DNA from: Vairimorpha necatrix | Taxonomy: Eukaryota | NCBI GenBank assembly: GCA_036630325.1 | Contig: CP142726.1 | Span: forward strand, 806,001-870,000 | DNA: 64,000 nucleotides | Direction of reading: 5' to 3' | Shown: positions 32,852-43,480 of the stretch, piece after piece | Position numbering within the stretch: position 1 is the stretch's first letter | How the letters are laid out: each line of letters begins with the position of its first letter | Notes under the pieces: generated by a model | Databases searched by the model: none | Told to the model about the DNA's origin: nothing | What the model saw: the letters and a program-made list of their open reading frames with translations, nothing else | Translations under genes and position numbers: made by a program

Positions 32852-33898
32852 TCATTTAGTATATTTTTTACTATCTTTTTTACTCATTGTGGCTTTGTTA
32901 CGTGACCCTTTTCCTCCTTCCCAAAATGTCGTAGACTTTTTTAGGTCCATGCCACAGTCACAATTACTTTTCACTGACTGCTCTTTGGAGCAAAAGCCGC
33001 AGATCATTTTATTAGCAAACTGTGATTGATGATTATTTTCTGCGTCATGACAAATATCACAAGGATAAACAGATTTACAACATGGAAATCTAAACCATCT
33101 ATAAGATCTCTTATAATGTTTACAAGCGCCTTTTTGCGGCAACTCGGAACCAATTTTGAATGTTTGAGTTTTCTTTTCTACAAAAATAAGTTTTTTTAAA
33201 TTAAAAGAAAGCAAATTATTACATTTCCAACAATCCATACGGAATTTCGTGTTTATTCCAATTTTATTGCTTTGGTAATTCGAAAAGCAATTCTCGCAGT
33301 TAAATTGGAAATTTGTAGGATTTAAATGCAAAAATGTGCAATTATCTAAAAAAAGACTGCCTAAAACTTCACTATTCAAAGTTGGTATAAAATTGCATTT
33401 CAAGAGATTCCCACAAGTACACTTTTTTGAATTTACAAGATCCGAGGATTTTTTACATTTTTTACAATTTACTTGAATATTAATATTTTTAGCTATAAAA
33501 AAATAAATTCCTTTTTTAGAGATTTCTATTTCTAATGTGTTTATATTGACATTTTGTGTTGGATAAACAAATTTATCAGGCAGTGAAATAATTTTATCTT
33601 CATTTTCTATATTTTGAACATGAGGATCTTTTTCTGGCTCTTTGCCACTTAAAAAAATGTCAAGATTTTCTTCAATTTTGCGAATAAACTTGTCAATATC
33701 GCCACAGTAAAAACTAGCCATTCTTGACTTTATTTCGTCGGGTATATCATCAGAAAGTATTTTAATCTCATTCTCTTCGAGATTAAATTCTATTATGATA
33801 TTTGAAACTTCATAAATACAATCCTTTGGTATGTTTAGATAAATCAAATAACAATTATCCTTTTTTATAGTTCGATTTGTTTTAGTAAAATTTCCCAT
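32852..33898 (-). CDS. CHY zinc-finger protein
   Basis: CKHYKRSYRWFRFPCCKSVYPCDICHD, MICGFCSKEQ, FWEGGKG.R. Confidence 0.88.
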   Translation of the reverse strand: MGNFTKTNRTIKKDNCYLIYLNIPKDCIYEVSNIIIEFNLEENEIKILSDDIPDEIKSRMASFYCGDIDKFIRKIEENLDIFLSGKEPEKDPHVQNIENEDKIISLPDKFVYPTQNVNINTLEIEISKKGIYFFIAKNINIQVNCKKCKKSSDLVNSKKCTCGNLLKCNFIPTLNSEVLGSLFLDNCTFLHLNPTNFQFNCENCFSNYQSNKIGINTKFRMDCWKCNNLLSFNLKKLIFVEKKTQTFKIGSELPQKGACKHYKRSYRWFRFPCCKSVYPCDICHDAENNHQSQFANKMICGFCSKEQSVKSNCDCGMDLKKSTTFWEGGKGSRNKATMSKKDSKKYTK

Positions 33899-33942
33899 AG
33901 TTTTAGAGGGTATATTGAAAAAAAAATTTAAAAATTTTTTAT

Positions 33943-35772
33943 TTAGAAAAAATATTTGTTCTCTTCTTTTTGAGTTCTATCTTTTGCCGAATTTGGTTTA
34001 TTGACTCTTGGGCGAAAATTCGAAGTGTCTCTTCTAAAAGTTATTTCAAGATTTTTTAAAAAAATATTCATTCCGCTATGTAAATCCATAGGCTTATGAG
34101 CCACACTATTGACACCAGGCTTACCTTCAAACACAACAACTTTATCTGCTAAATAAGTCCCGACAATCAAATCATGTTCAACTATGAAAGCAGTTCTCTT
34201 TTTTCCATAGATGAATCTTTTTATAACTTTAGAAATAGCAATTCTCTGATCAGAATCTAAATATGCGGAAGGCTCGTCTAACAAATATAAATTTGCATCT
34301 TTGCCCAAACAAATAGCGATTGCTATTCTTTGCAGTTCGCCGCCACTTAGATTTTCTATTTGTTGATCGTAAAGATATGGAATATCTAAAGGCTTAATGA
34401 CTTCATTAACAAAATTTGCGTCAACAAAAGACGATCTAATTTTTGACATGAATAAATCTCGAACTGATCCTTTAAATTTTGGTACAATTTTTTGCGGCTT
34501 CAAGCTGTACGACAATAGACCAAATTCTTCATTCTCATCAGCTTTAATAAGTCCTGAAATTAATCCTACTAGAGTAGTTTTGCCCATACCATTTTCACCA
34601 AGAAAAACAATAATTTCCGAGTCAGAAAAACTACCGCCTTCGACTTTGAGTTCGAAGTCGGTGTATGTTTTCTTTAAATTGGGATAATGATATTGATCTC
34701 TGGTAGAGACGATACTATCAAGTGTCTCAGAAATATTAAATTTTAGTTCCGAAGCTCTAAATTTCATATTTTCAGTTGGTAAAAAACCATCTAAAAAAAT
34801 ATTAATAGCCATTTTAATAGCGTAAGGTGCACTGATCACACCATATGCACCTGGTTGTCCATATAAAACACACCCATAATCACACATAAGATCTAAAATT
34901 GCGAGATCATGTTCTACTACAATTACATATTTATTATCTTCACATAAATTTCTAATTTCTCTGGCAGCCGCAAGTCGCTGTTTAACGTCTAAAAAGCTTG
35001 TTGGTTCGTCAAAAATGTACACGTCACCTTCTTGTAAACAAGTGTAAGCTATGCAAAATCTTTGTAATTCTCCTCCACTTAACTGTTCTAAATTTCTATT
35101 TACAACATCACCTAATCCCATTTTTTCAATAAAATAATCATATTTATTTTTTTCATCAACTTTTTTTAAAACATCTTTTATCGTCAGAGACATCTTTCCA
35201 CAGGCTATTTCTGTTTTAAAGTGACTTTTTAAAAATTTTGGCATTCTGTCAATATATTGAACTTTAGAAATTGACTTTATTGAACCTTCAAGAGTTTTTG
35301 TAAAAAACCCATGGAGTTCAGATCCTTTATAATTATTTAAAATTGTGGCCCAGTCCGGCGTTACATCGAATTTTCCTAAATTTGGTTTTAATGCCCCCGA
35401 TAAAATTTTTAAAGCAGTACTTTTACCAATTCCATTTGTCCCAACTAAACCTAATACTTTTCCGAATTTCGGAACTGGCAACCTATGAAGTTTAAAACCA
35501 TTGGCCGAATATCTGTGCGAAATGTCCTTGTCTAAATTTGTAGGCAAATTTACAATAGTAATTGCTTTAAATGGACATTTCTTTTGGCACGCAGAACATC
35601 CTATACAAAGAATCTCAGATATATGAGCTTTAGTATCAATTTTAATACATTCTTTTCCTGTTTTATTAACAGGACATGCTTTTCTACATTCAGACATGCA
35701 TTCTTTTGGTTTACAAAGTTCATAATTTACAATAGCAAGTCTAGTAATTTTATTTGGATCATTTTTCGCCAT
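33943..35772 (-). CDS. RLI1: ABCE1/RLI1 ribosome recycling ATPase
   Basis: N-terminal Fe-S cysteines, two NBDs (GTNGIGKST, LSGGELQR x2). Confidence 0.98.
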   Translation of the reverse strand: MAKNDPNKITRLAIVNYELCKPKECMSECRKACPVNKTGKECIKIDTKAHISEILCIGCSACQKKCPFKAITIVNLPTNLDKDISHRYSANGFKLHRLPVPKFGKVLGLVGTNGIGKSTALKILSGALKPNLGKFDVTPDWATILNNYKGSELHGFFTKTLEGSIKSISKVQYIDRMPKFLKSHFKTEIACGKMSLTIKDVLKKVDEKNKYDYFIEKMGLGDVVNRNLEQLSGGELQRFCIAYTCLQEGDVYIFDEPTSFLDVKQRLAAAREIRNLCEDNKYVIVVEHDLAILDLMCDYGCVLYGQPGAYGVISAPYAIKMAINIFLDGFLPTENMKFRASELKFNISETLDSIVSTRDQYHYPNLKKTYTDFELKVEGGSFSDSEIIVFLGENGMGKTTLVGLISGLIKADENEEFGLLSYSLKPQKIVPKFKGSVRDLFMSKIRSSFVDANFVNEVIKPLDIPYLYDQQIENLSGGELQRIAIAICLGKDANLYLLDEPSAYLDSDQRIAISKVIKRFIYGKKRTAFIVEHDLIVGTYLADKVVVFEGKPGVNSVAHKPMDLHSGMNIFLKNLEITFRRDTSNFRPRVNKPNSAKDRTQKEENKYFF

Positions 35773-35951
35773 TTAGGGTATAAAAATTAAAAACAATATG
35801 AAAAAATAACGGTATTTTTTGTAATTCAATAAAACTTAATTTTAGTAGGGAAATACGTTTAATGATCATTTTTTTTTGTGTGTTTTTTTTAGATTAAATT
35901 TTTTTTACAAACAATTTTGTTTATTGAAAAAAACAAAACAAGAAAAAGGGT

Positions 35952-36800
35952 ATGAACAGAAAAGACAGATTGAAAATAACAAGTACACCAGATAGAAAAC
36001 TAAAGAGTAAGAATATTTATCAACAACAAAATGTGCTTAATGACTATGATATAACTGACAATCAAATAGAGTTTACTGACATTAATAATTCTGCAAGTAT
36101 AGGAAATGATTCGCTTTTTACATCACCAGAAAGTTTAATGAGGATGGCATTTAATTATTTTAAAGTTTTATTGGCTTATTTAAAAATAATTCTTCCCTAT
36201 GGAATTGTGACGTATTTTATAATGTTTCATTTTTACACTAAAATGAACACACCTGCTTTTGAGTCAGATATTTCTGAGTTAACCAGGGAAATCGACTCGC
36301 TTAAGCAAGCAAATGCCACCATTTCGATTTCCCCAGTTCAAGTGCCAATAAATTTATGTAAAATTGAACATTGTACAACAGTCGAAGTATCGGAATCTGA
36401 TCTCTACAAACATGGTTTTTTAGGATTTAGAAAGAGCGCAAGTCCTTACATTATTTTTAGTGAAAACACATCACCAGGTGAATGTTTGGCTTTTTTACCT
36501 AAAGAAAGAACTTTTACTATAAAATTTTCAAAAAATGTAAAATTGGACAATTTTAATATTTTCCATCCAGAAACAGGAAATAAAAAAAGCGCTCTAAAAA
36601 ATTTTCAACTTTTGGGTTTTTATGAAAATAATTTTTTTGAAATTGGTAAATTTGAATATGACATTACTAAAGAAAATTGTCAGACATTCAAGTTTCCCGA
36701 GATTATTACAGACAGGCTAGTTATAAAAATTTTAGACAATCATGGACATAAATCTTATACCACAATTTATAAAGTCTATGCACTTGGAATAAATAATTAA
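35952..36800 (+). CDS. SUN (Sad1/UNC-84) domain nuclear envelope protein
   Basis: TM segment, short coiled coil, PGECLAF, SALKNF, GKFEYD, DNHGH..YTTIYKV. Confidence 0.85.
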   Translation: MNRKDRLKITSTPDRKLKSKNIYQQQNVLNDYDITDNQIEFTDINNSASIGNDSLFTSPESLMRMAFNYFKVLLAYLKIILPYGIVTYFIMFHFYTKMNTPAFESDISELTREIDSLKQANATISISPVQVPINLCKIEHCTTVEVSESDLYKHGFLGFRKSASPYIIFSENTSPGECLAFLPKERTFTIKFSKNVKLDNFNIFHPETGNKKSALKNFQLLGFYENNFFEIGKFEYDITKENCQTFKFPEIITDRLVIKILDNHGHKSYTTIYKVYALGINN

Positions 36801-36818
36801 AAAAACTTATATTAAAAA

Positions 36819-37042
36819 AGACTGCCAGAGAGTAGTCTGAATTCTGTTACAATGGAACAACATTGCCTTTCGAGTTTGACTACTTAAAAATGGAACAGTT
36901 AGTATTTTCCAAACTATTTGACAATCATTCTATTTCAGTCATGTCATTAGTGAATTTCTATTAAACTAACTTCTTAGGATTAACTAAGTACCATTTCGGT
37001 GATGTTCCCCTCAGACCTTCCCAAGGATTATAAAAATCCCTA
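36819..37042 (-). ncRNA. RPR1: Nuclear RNase P RNA (about 224 nt)
   Basis: Minus strand CR-I GGGAAGGUCUGAG and CR-V ACAGAAUUCAGACUACUC (P4 pairing); P1 AGACGGCCGGA/UCUGGCAGUCU; oligo-T terminator; upstream CCCC. Confidence 0.92.
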
Positions 37043-37231
37043 ACGAAAGCTTCCGGCCGTCTTGGGGCAAAAAAAATATTTTTTTTTATATAAAATTTTT
37101 TAAAAATAATTTGTTATTTTTTTACAATATTAGTTTTTTAAAAACACAATTTCCCACTTTTTTGATTTGCTCAAAAAAAGGAGTTTTTGAAAAATAAATA
37201 TTTCATAATTTCAAGAAATAAGGGAGAGAAA

Positions 37232-38032
37232 ATGGAAAGATTAACAACGACATCAAAAAGAATTAATGACAATTTAAAATCCTTAGAAGAATATTCTGAA
37301 GCATATAAAGCTTTAACACAGAGATTCAGTGGATCTACATTTCTTGATCAACAGAAAGAGAAAACGTTATTAGATAAAATCCAAGAAATTGGAAACAAAT
37401 TTAAAAATTTGAGTAAATCGACCAAAGAAAAAATATTCAGTTTGGCTGATTTGGCCAAAGATGCGCCAATAAAGGAAAAGGAGATTATTGAATGGCATAT
37501 TAGTGGTCATTCTAAGAAATTAATAAAAATAACAAATTTATTCAGAGAATACACTTTTACATATAAAAAGAATGTAGAAGAAAGAACAAAGAATCTCTAC
37601 AAAACTGCAAATATCAATGCGTCAGATAAACAAATAGACAAATATTTAAGCAGTCCAAATTCGGGAATAAAAATTAATTCATTTTTTTCATTGAAGAGTA
37701 AAATTAATGAAGCCAATCGCAGACAACAAGAACTAAAGAATATTCAAGAATTAACAGAAGAAGTCACAGCAATCACAAAAATGGTCTCTGATTTGACATA
37801 TCAACAAAGTGTGAATGTTGACATGTTTGGGGATGACATGATTGATATAGAAAATCATATGGTCAAATCAAATACAGAATTGACTAAGACTTTAAAATAT
37901 AAAATAAGACGAAAAAAGTTCTGGAGAAATGTAATTTTATTTCTGTTTCTGTGTCTTATGATTTGGACTGTGTATTACGCAATAAAAGACAACTGGTTCG
38001 GTTGGAAAAATAATTTCAAGCAGGAGGAGTAA
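37232..38032 (+). CDS. Syntaxin-like Qa-SNARE (divergent)
   Basis: Helical N-terminal domain, SNARE motif (LTYQQSVNVD), C-terminal TM; GGG motif upstream of ATG 37232. Confidence 0.75.
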   Translation: MERLTTTSKRINDNLKSLEEYSEAYKALTQRFSGSTFLDQQKEKTLLDKIQEIGNKFKNLSKSTKEKIFSLADLAKDAPIKEKEIIEWHISGHSKKLIKITNLFREYTFTYKKNVEERTKNLYKTANINASDKQIDKYLSSPNSGIKINSFFSLKSKINEANRRQQELKNIQELTEEVTAITKMVSDLTYQQSVNVDMFGDDMIDIENHMVKSNTELTKTLKYKIRRKKFWRNVILFLFLCLMIWTVYYAIKDNWFGWKNNFKQEE

Positions 38033-38099
38033 AATATAAAATGTAAGTCTTTATTAAATGTTAAATGTTCTATTAATTATTTTTTAAAAAAATTATTTT

Positions 38100-38927
38100 T
38101 TATTTTTTAATCAATGATTCCAGTAATTTAATCTCTTTGGCGTATTCATTTTCATCCGGAGTCTCTAAAATCATAGGAATATTCTCAAATATTTCACTGT
38201 TCATAATAAATTCAAAGGCTTCTAATTTAATTTCTCCTTTACCAATTTGTTCATGTCTGTCTTTTCTAGAACCTAACGCGGATTTACTGTCATTTAAATG
38301 TACTGCCTTCAAGTAGAAAAGTCCAACTACTTCATCAAAATGATTCATAACATTCTGGAATTTCTCCTTAGTTCTAATGTCATAACCCGCAGCAAACGCA
38401 TGACACGTGTCAAAACAAACACCAATCCTTTTTTTGTCTTTGACTTTATCAATAATGTGTTTAATCTCCTCAAACTTGCTACATACGCAATTTCCTTGTC
38501 CCGCCATATTTTCTAATAAAATAACGACATTTGGAACTTCTTCCATCGCTTTATTTAATTGCTCAGAAATAAAATCAAGACAAGCTTTTCCCATTTTGGT
38601 CACATCACTACCAGGATGAAGATTATAATACTTAATTCCTAAAGATTCACATCTTTGTAAATCATCAATCAAACAAGAATAAGAATTTGTTATTTTCTCG
38701 GGATTGCCTAAATTTATTAAATAAGATCCATGTGGAACAATATGTTCAGGAATTAAAATATTTTTTTTAAAATTTTTTATAACTTCTAATTTTAATGGAG
38801 CAGATGTAAATCTTTTCTGATTCTTCAAAAACATAGCGCAACACTTTGCATCAATCATTTCCATAGAATTTTGCAACTGATCAATCCCTTTTTGAATTGA
38901 TAAATGTGCACCAATCAATTTCACCAT
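38100..38927 (-). CDS. APN1: AP endonuclease (endonuclease IV family)
   Basis: IGAHLS, PHGSYLINL, HPGS, LENMAGQG, CFDTCHAFAAGYD, HLNDSK, DRHEQIG, ILETP. Confidence 0.97.
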   Translation of the reverse strand: MVKLIGAHLSIQKGIDQLQNSMEMIDAKCCAMFLKNQKRFTSAPLKLEVIKNFKKNILIPEHIVPHGSYLINLGNPEKITNSYSCLIDDLQRCESLGIKYYNLHPGSDVTKMGKACLDFISEQLNKAMEEVPNVVILLENMAGQGNCVCSKFEEIKHIIDKVKDKKRIGVCFDTCHAFAAGYDIRTKEKFQNVMNHFDEVVGLFYLKAVHLNDSKSALGSRKDRHEQIGKGEIKLEAFEFIMNSEIFENIPMILETPDENEYAKEIKLLESLIKK

Positions 38928-38970
38928 ACCCCTTTTTTAAAAAATATTAAATTAAACAGTTTAACTAATT

Positions 38971-39801
38971 ATGGACGAATTTTTAACGAATTCTAAGAAT
39001 TTTTTTAGTGAAGTAAATAAATTGAAAGGTTACACTTTAACTTTTGAACATCTGGGAGCTAGAAAAAATAATGGGTATGTAGATGAAAAATCAGAAAAAA
39101 AAATTAATAGCCAAATGGAAGCTATTAATAATAAATTTAGAAAAGTGTCAACCGACTTAAAAAACAATTTGGAGAATAGCACGTCAGAATTATCAAGTAA
39201 TAATGTAGAGAATTTTGAATATAAAACAAAAAAAATACATGTACATTCTCAAACTAAAGCATTGACAAGTGCTATTAATGAATTTAGAGATGTACAGTAT
39301 AGATATAAAAAAGAAGAAGAAGAAAAATTTAAACTACAATTTTCAATAGCGAAACCAGACGCGAATGAAAAAGAGATAAACGAATGTATTTCCGAAGATC
39401 GTGGTGAAGCCATTTTAGCGTCCGCATTTGCATTAGGAAGTAATTCAGCAAAAGGTATTTTAGATGAAGCGAAAAAAAGAAAGACTAATATTCAGAAAAT
39501 AGCGAAAATTATACAAGAACTTATAGAAATGCTTAATATTCTGAATAATGCGATTTACGCTCAACATGACGTGGTGGATGACATTGGCCAAGATCTCACT
39601 ACAGCTCATGAAAATACAGAAGCCGCCAACGTCGACTTGAATGCAGCACTCGATTACCAAACAAGAGCTTCTAGAATAAAAAGAATTCTTTTTGGTATAG
39701 TAATAACTATAATAATCGTCGCAGTTGTCTTTGTCGTTGTTAAATTAGCATTCAATACTGGTTATTATCCACAAGGAAATGAATTTCATTATTTTTTTTA
39801 G
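38971..39801 (+). CDS. Syntaxin (Sso1-like)
   Basis: QFSIAKPDA, SNARE motif with QHDVVDDI, C-terminal TM. Confidence 0.88.
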   Translation: MDEFLTNSKNFFSEVNKLKGYTLTFEHLGARKNNGYVDEKSEKKINSQMEAINNKFRKVSTDLKNNLENSTSELSSNNVENFEYKTKKIHVHSQTKALTSAINEFRDVQYRYKKEEEEKFKLQFSIAKPDANEKEINECISEDRGEAILASAFALGSNSAKGILDEAKKRKTNIQKIAKIIQELIEMLNILNNAIYAQHDVVDDIGQDLTTAHENTEAANVDLNAALDYQTRASRIKRILFGIVITIIIVAVVFVVVKLAFNTGYYPQGNEFHYFF

Positions 39802-40036
39802 TTAAAAATTTATAAAAAAAAATATTTTTTACGTTGGTAAAATCTATTTTTCATAATTCCTATTAGATCTTAATCCGAACGAAAACAAATATCAATAAAT
39901 TAGTTACATTTAAAACAAGACTCCTTTATATTGTTATATATATTATATTAATTCACATTTTAGAGGATGTCAAATCTGTAACAATTTTAAACAAATGTTT
40001 TACAAATTAATAAAACTAAAATTTTTTATTTTTTTT

Positions 40037-41038
40037 ATGGTTAACAAACAACAAGATTCTTCGTGTTCTCACTTAACATGTTCTAACAACGCCGACTTTT
40101 CTAAAATACTAAAAGTATCTATAATTATAACAATATTTATGTTAATAGAATTTTGGGGTCATTACAGAACTAATAGTCTATCCCTATTAGCCGATTCTTT
40201 ACATTTATTTGTAGATGTAATGGGATTTGGTGTAAGTTTAGGAGCTCTGTATTGGTCTAAAAAAGGCGCCAATTCTAAGATGACATTTGGATATTACAGA
40301 ATTGAGATTATTGGTTCTTTACTTTCTATTAGTTTAATATGGGTAGCAGTAGGTTATTTAATATGTGAAGCTATTCATAAATTAGTACATCCTAAAGAAA
40401 TTGACGGCGGAATGTTTTTCGCTATAGCAGTAGTAGGTTTTTTTGTCAATCTAATTTCGATATACGTCTTACATTACGATGAATATTCGCATCACTTAAA
40501 ACATAAAAATTTGAACATACGCGCTGCTTATATTCACATTATAGGAGACCTTATACAATCTGTTGGTGTTATTATAGCAGGTATTTTTACATATTTTTAT
40601 CCCAAATATGTAATATTTGATATTTTGTGTACTATTTCGTTTTCTGTTATTGTTCTCGGTTCAACGATCTTTGTTATCAGAGATGGTTTCTACATTTTAG
40701 CAGAAGGTGCGCCTAAAGACATAGTAGTTGATGATATTAAAACTGATATATTAGATATAGAAAATATTTATAAGATAATAGATATTTATGTATGGGCGAT
40801 TTCTACTAATAGATATGCCACCATGATTACTGTTTTAGCAGATGATTTGCTAATTAATGATTATGAGAAGTTATTACAGAAGATTAAAGCTGTACTCAGT
40901 GCTAAATATAATATTGATGTGGTAAATATTCAAATCGAAACACCTATGTCTCATTATGGACAAAATGGGTTTTTAGTTGATGGAACGTGTATTGATATAC
41001 AAAAATCTATTTGTTACGACCAACCATTAAACAATTAA
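40037..41038 (+). CDS. Cation diffusion facilitator zinc transporter (ZnT-like)
   Basis: SLSLLADSLHLFVD, TFGYYRIE, NLNIRAAYIHIIGD. Confidence 0.93.
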   Translation: MVNKQQDSSCSHLTCSNNADFSKILKVSIIITIFMLIEFWGHYRTNSLSLLADSLHLFVDVMGFGVSLGALYWSKKGANSKMTFGYYRIEIIGSLLSISLIWVAVGYLICEAIHKLVHPKEIDGGMFFAIAVVGFFVNLISIYVLHYDEYSHHLKHKNLNIRAAYIHIIGDLIQSVGVIIAGIFTYFYPKYVIFDILCTISFSVIVLGSTIFVIRDGFYILAEGAPKDIVVDDIKTDILDIENIYKIIDIYVWAISTNRYATMITVLADDLLINDYEKLLQKIKAVLSAKYNIDVVNIQIETPMSHYGQNGFLVDGTCIDIQKSICYDQPLNN

Positions 41039-41099
41039 ATACATTTTTTTCAATTAAATTTTTAATATTATTTTTTATAACTGACAAAAGGGCTTATCA

Positions 41100-41741
41100 A
41101 TGGAGGGCAATATTTCTAAGAGAGATTATAGGCAGAGAGCACATTCAAATCCATTTAAAGATTCCGAAATAACAATACCTTCTTCTCCTGCTTCTGTAGA
41201 TTGGTCACACCGTTTTCAAAATGGACTTCCACCATCTTTTTTAGATATTGGTTGCGGATATGGAAAATTTCTAATGAAAGAAGGTACGCACAATATCTTA
41301 GGATTAGAAATTAGAGATAAAGTATTTGAATATGTAAAGGCCAAGATTTCAGAATTGAATCTTACCACTTGTTCAGTTATGAAAACCAATGCTTTGCTTT
41401 TCTTGCCAAATATTTTTCATAAATATAGTCTCGATAAAATTTTTATACTTTTTCCCGATCCACATTTTAAAAGAAGAAAACAGAAAGGTAGAGTTGTTTG
41501 TAGACAGATGATTCATATTTATGAATATTTATTAAGTTCTAAGGGTAGATTGTATATTTCCACTGATGTGGTGTCTTTATTTGAAGATATGAAAGAGACT
41601 ATTTTAGGTAGTAATTTGTTTATACAAATATTTGATGAAGTGGATCCGTATTATGAAAAGACTTTTAAAGACACAGATGAGGCATTAAGAGCGGGAGTGA
41701 AGACTGGTGCTACGTATGCGGGAATTTTTATAAAAAAATAA
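41100..41741 (+). CDS. TRM8: tRNA (guanine-N7)-methyltransferase
   Basis: YRQRAHSNP, DIGCGYG, LGLEIR, FPDPHFK. Confidence 0.96.
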   Translation: MEGNISKRDYRQRAHSNPFKDSEITIPSSPASVDWSHRFQNGLPPSFLDIGCGYGKFLMKEGTHNILGLEIRDKVFEYVKAKISELNLTTCSVMKTNALLFLPNIFHKYSLDKIFILFPDPHFKRRKQKGRVVCRQMIHIYEYLLSSKGRLYISTDVVSLFEDMKETILGSNLFIQIFDEVDPYYEKTFKDTDEALRAGVKTGATYAGIFIKK

Positions 41742-41953
41742 ATTTTTTAAGATTAATCTTAATAGAGTTATATTGGTACTATAAAAAAACAAAAAAATTT
41801 TACTAACAATATTAATAGTTATTTTTTTTGAAATTAATGTTGAGAATAGTAGACATAAGGGGTAGTTAATAATAATATTAATAGTTATTTTTTTTTCTTA
41901 ATTATTTATTAATTACTTATAAAAACAATTCAATATTAGACTATTTATTTTTT

Positions 41954-42205
41954 TCATACTTTCCCTTCTTTTCCTTCTTTTTCTCTCTTCTCTCTTTCTT
42001 TTCTCTCTCGCTCTTCTCTCTCCCTTTCTTCTCTAAGTAGTCTTTCTTCCCTAAGTCTTTGTTCAAATCTCTCGGACTCAGTGGGTCTAGTAATCAGGTA
42101 AATGCCCATTATTACTAATCCTATGGTTAATATTAAAAGTAGAGTGTAAACAGCAGACGCGAAATCAGTAAAAAGTTTTAGAAATTTGTCGAAGAATTCT
42201 GGCAT
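41954..42205 (-). CDS. Small single-pass membrane protein with E/R/K charged tail
   Basis: MPEFFDKF start, TM segment, then an (E/R/K)-rich helix. Confidence 0.6.
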   Translation of the reverse strand: MPEFFDKFLKLFTDFASAVYTLLLILTIGLVIMGIYLITRPTESERFEQRLREERLLREEREREERERKEREKREKEGKEGKV

Positions 42206-42489
42206 CTTTAGAACAAACAGTTTTATTTTTTTAAAATTCTTATGAAACAAGTTTCATATATTAAAATAGATATATTGATAAATAAAAAATGATCAATATA
42301 AAGTGCTCTAAAAAGATGTAAAATTATAATAAAACACAGATCAAATAACATAAAATTTTTTATGGTATTTACATCAAAATACATTGAAAATCATCTATAA
42401 TTTAAGTTATATTAGTTTTAATTACAAAACACATTGAAAATTAAATAATATTTTTTTTAAAGTTATATTAGTTTTAATAAAAATATTTT

Positions 42490-43392
42490 TTAAATATTTT
42501 TATTTGTGGGCGTCGGTGGCCATTCTAGTTTTTTTTCTAACATTTTGATTTTTTTTTCTAATTCTTCTATTCTCATATCTTTAATTTTCATATCTAACAT
42601 TGACAAATGTAATCTTACACTATAATTTTTTATTATATTTGCTGCCGATATTCTATTAGTTCTTCTAAAACATTGTAATACCAAATCTTCTAAATCTTTA
42701 TCTTTTATAAATCCTGGTTTTATTTGTTGTTTCTTAATTTGTTTGTACAATTCTGCTCGTGTCTCCCCTTGAAATGGTTTATTTAGTGTTCCAAGTTCAT
42801 AAAGAGTTACACCCAGTCCCCAAATATCTACACTTGTGTTATATTTGTTTTTATTTATTATTTCTGGTGCCATATAAAATGGTGTCCCTACTATTGACGA
42901 TTCTACAAATTCGTCTTCCATTTGGTACGAGAGACTGAAGTCGCAGATTTTAAATTCTAATATTTCGTCTTTATTAAATTCTATTGAGTTTATTAGAATG
43001 TTACTTGGTTTTATATCTCTGTGTATTATATTTTTAGAATGTAGATATTCTAGTCCTTCAGATACTTGAGACAGTACTGACCAAAGTAAGAAGTCTGTGG
43101 CTTTTCTATTTTTCTGTATAAAAAATGAGATCACTGTTTCCAGTGTGCCTCTGTTGGCGTATTCTAGAATTATGAAAGATGATCCTTTTGCCTGGATAAA
43201 TTCGACTAGTTTGATTATCCTTTTATGGGATAATTTACTAAGGATAGATACTTCCCTTTTGGCATGTTTTAAATGTTTTTCTATTACTGATTTACAGACT
43301 AGATCCTTTTTATTAGGACTTTCTAAGAGGTACACAGTTCCGTGTGTACCTCTTCCTAATTTTTCTATAAATTTATATTTTTCCATATGCAT
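42490..43392 (-). CDS. NEK/NIMA-like Ser/Thr kinase
   Basis: LGRGTHG, IIHRDIKPSN, VGTPFYMAPE, DIWGLG; DFS in place of DFG. Confidence 0.85.
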   Translation of the reverse strand: MHMEKYKFIEKLGRGTHGTVYLLESPNKKDLVCKSVIEKHLKHAKREVSILSKLSHKRIIKLVEFIQAKGSSFIILEYANRGTLETVISFFIQKNRKATDFLLWSVLSQVSEGLEYLHSKNIIHRDIKPSNILINSIEFNKDEILEFKICDFSLSYQMEDEFVESSIVGTPFYMAPEIINKNKYNTSVDIWGLGVTLYELGTLNKPFQGETRAELYKQIKKQQIKPGFIKDKDLEDLVLQCFRRTNRISAANIIKNYSVRLHLSMLDMKIKDMRIEELEKKIKMLEKKLEWPPTPTNKNI

Positions 43393-43480
43393 AAACTTTA
43401 AAATATAAAAAGAGAGAAATAAGATTATTCTTAAAAATAATAAGGCATTTTCTAAAAAATTATTTAAATTTTAATTTGTT

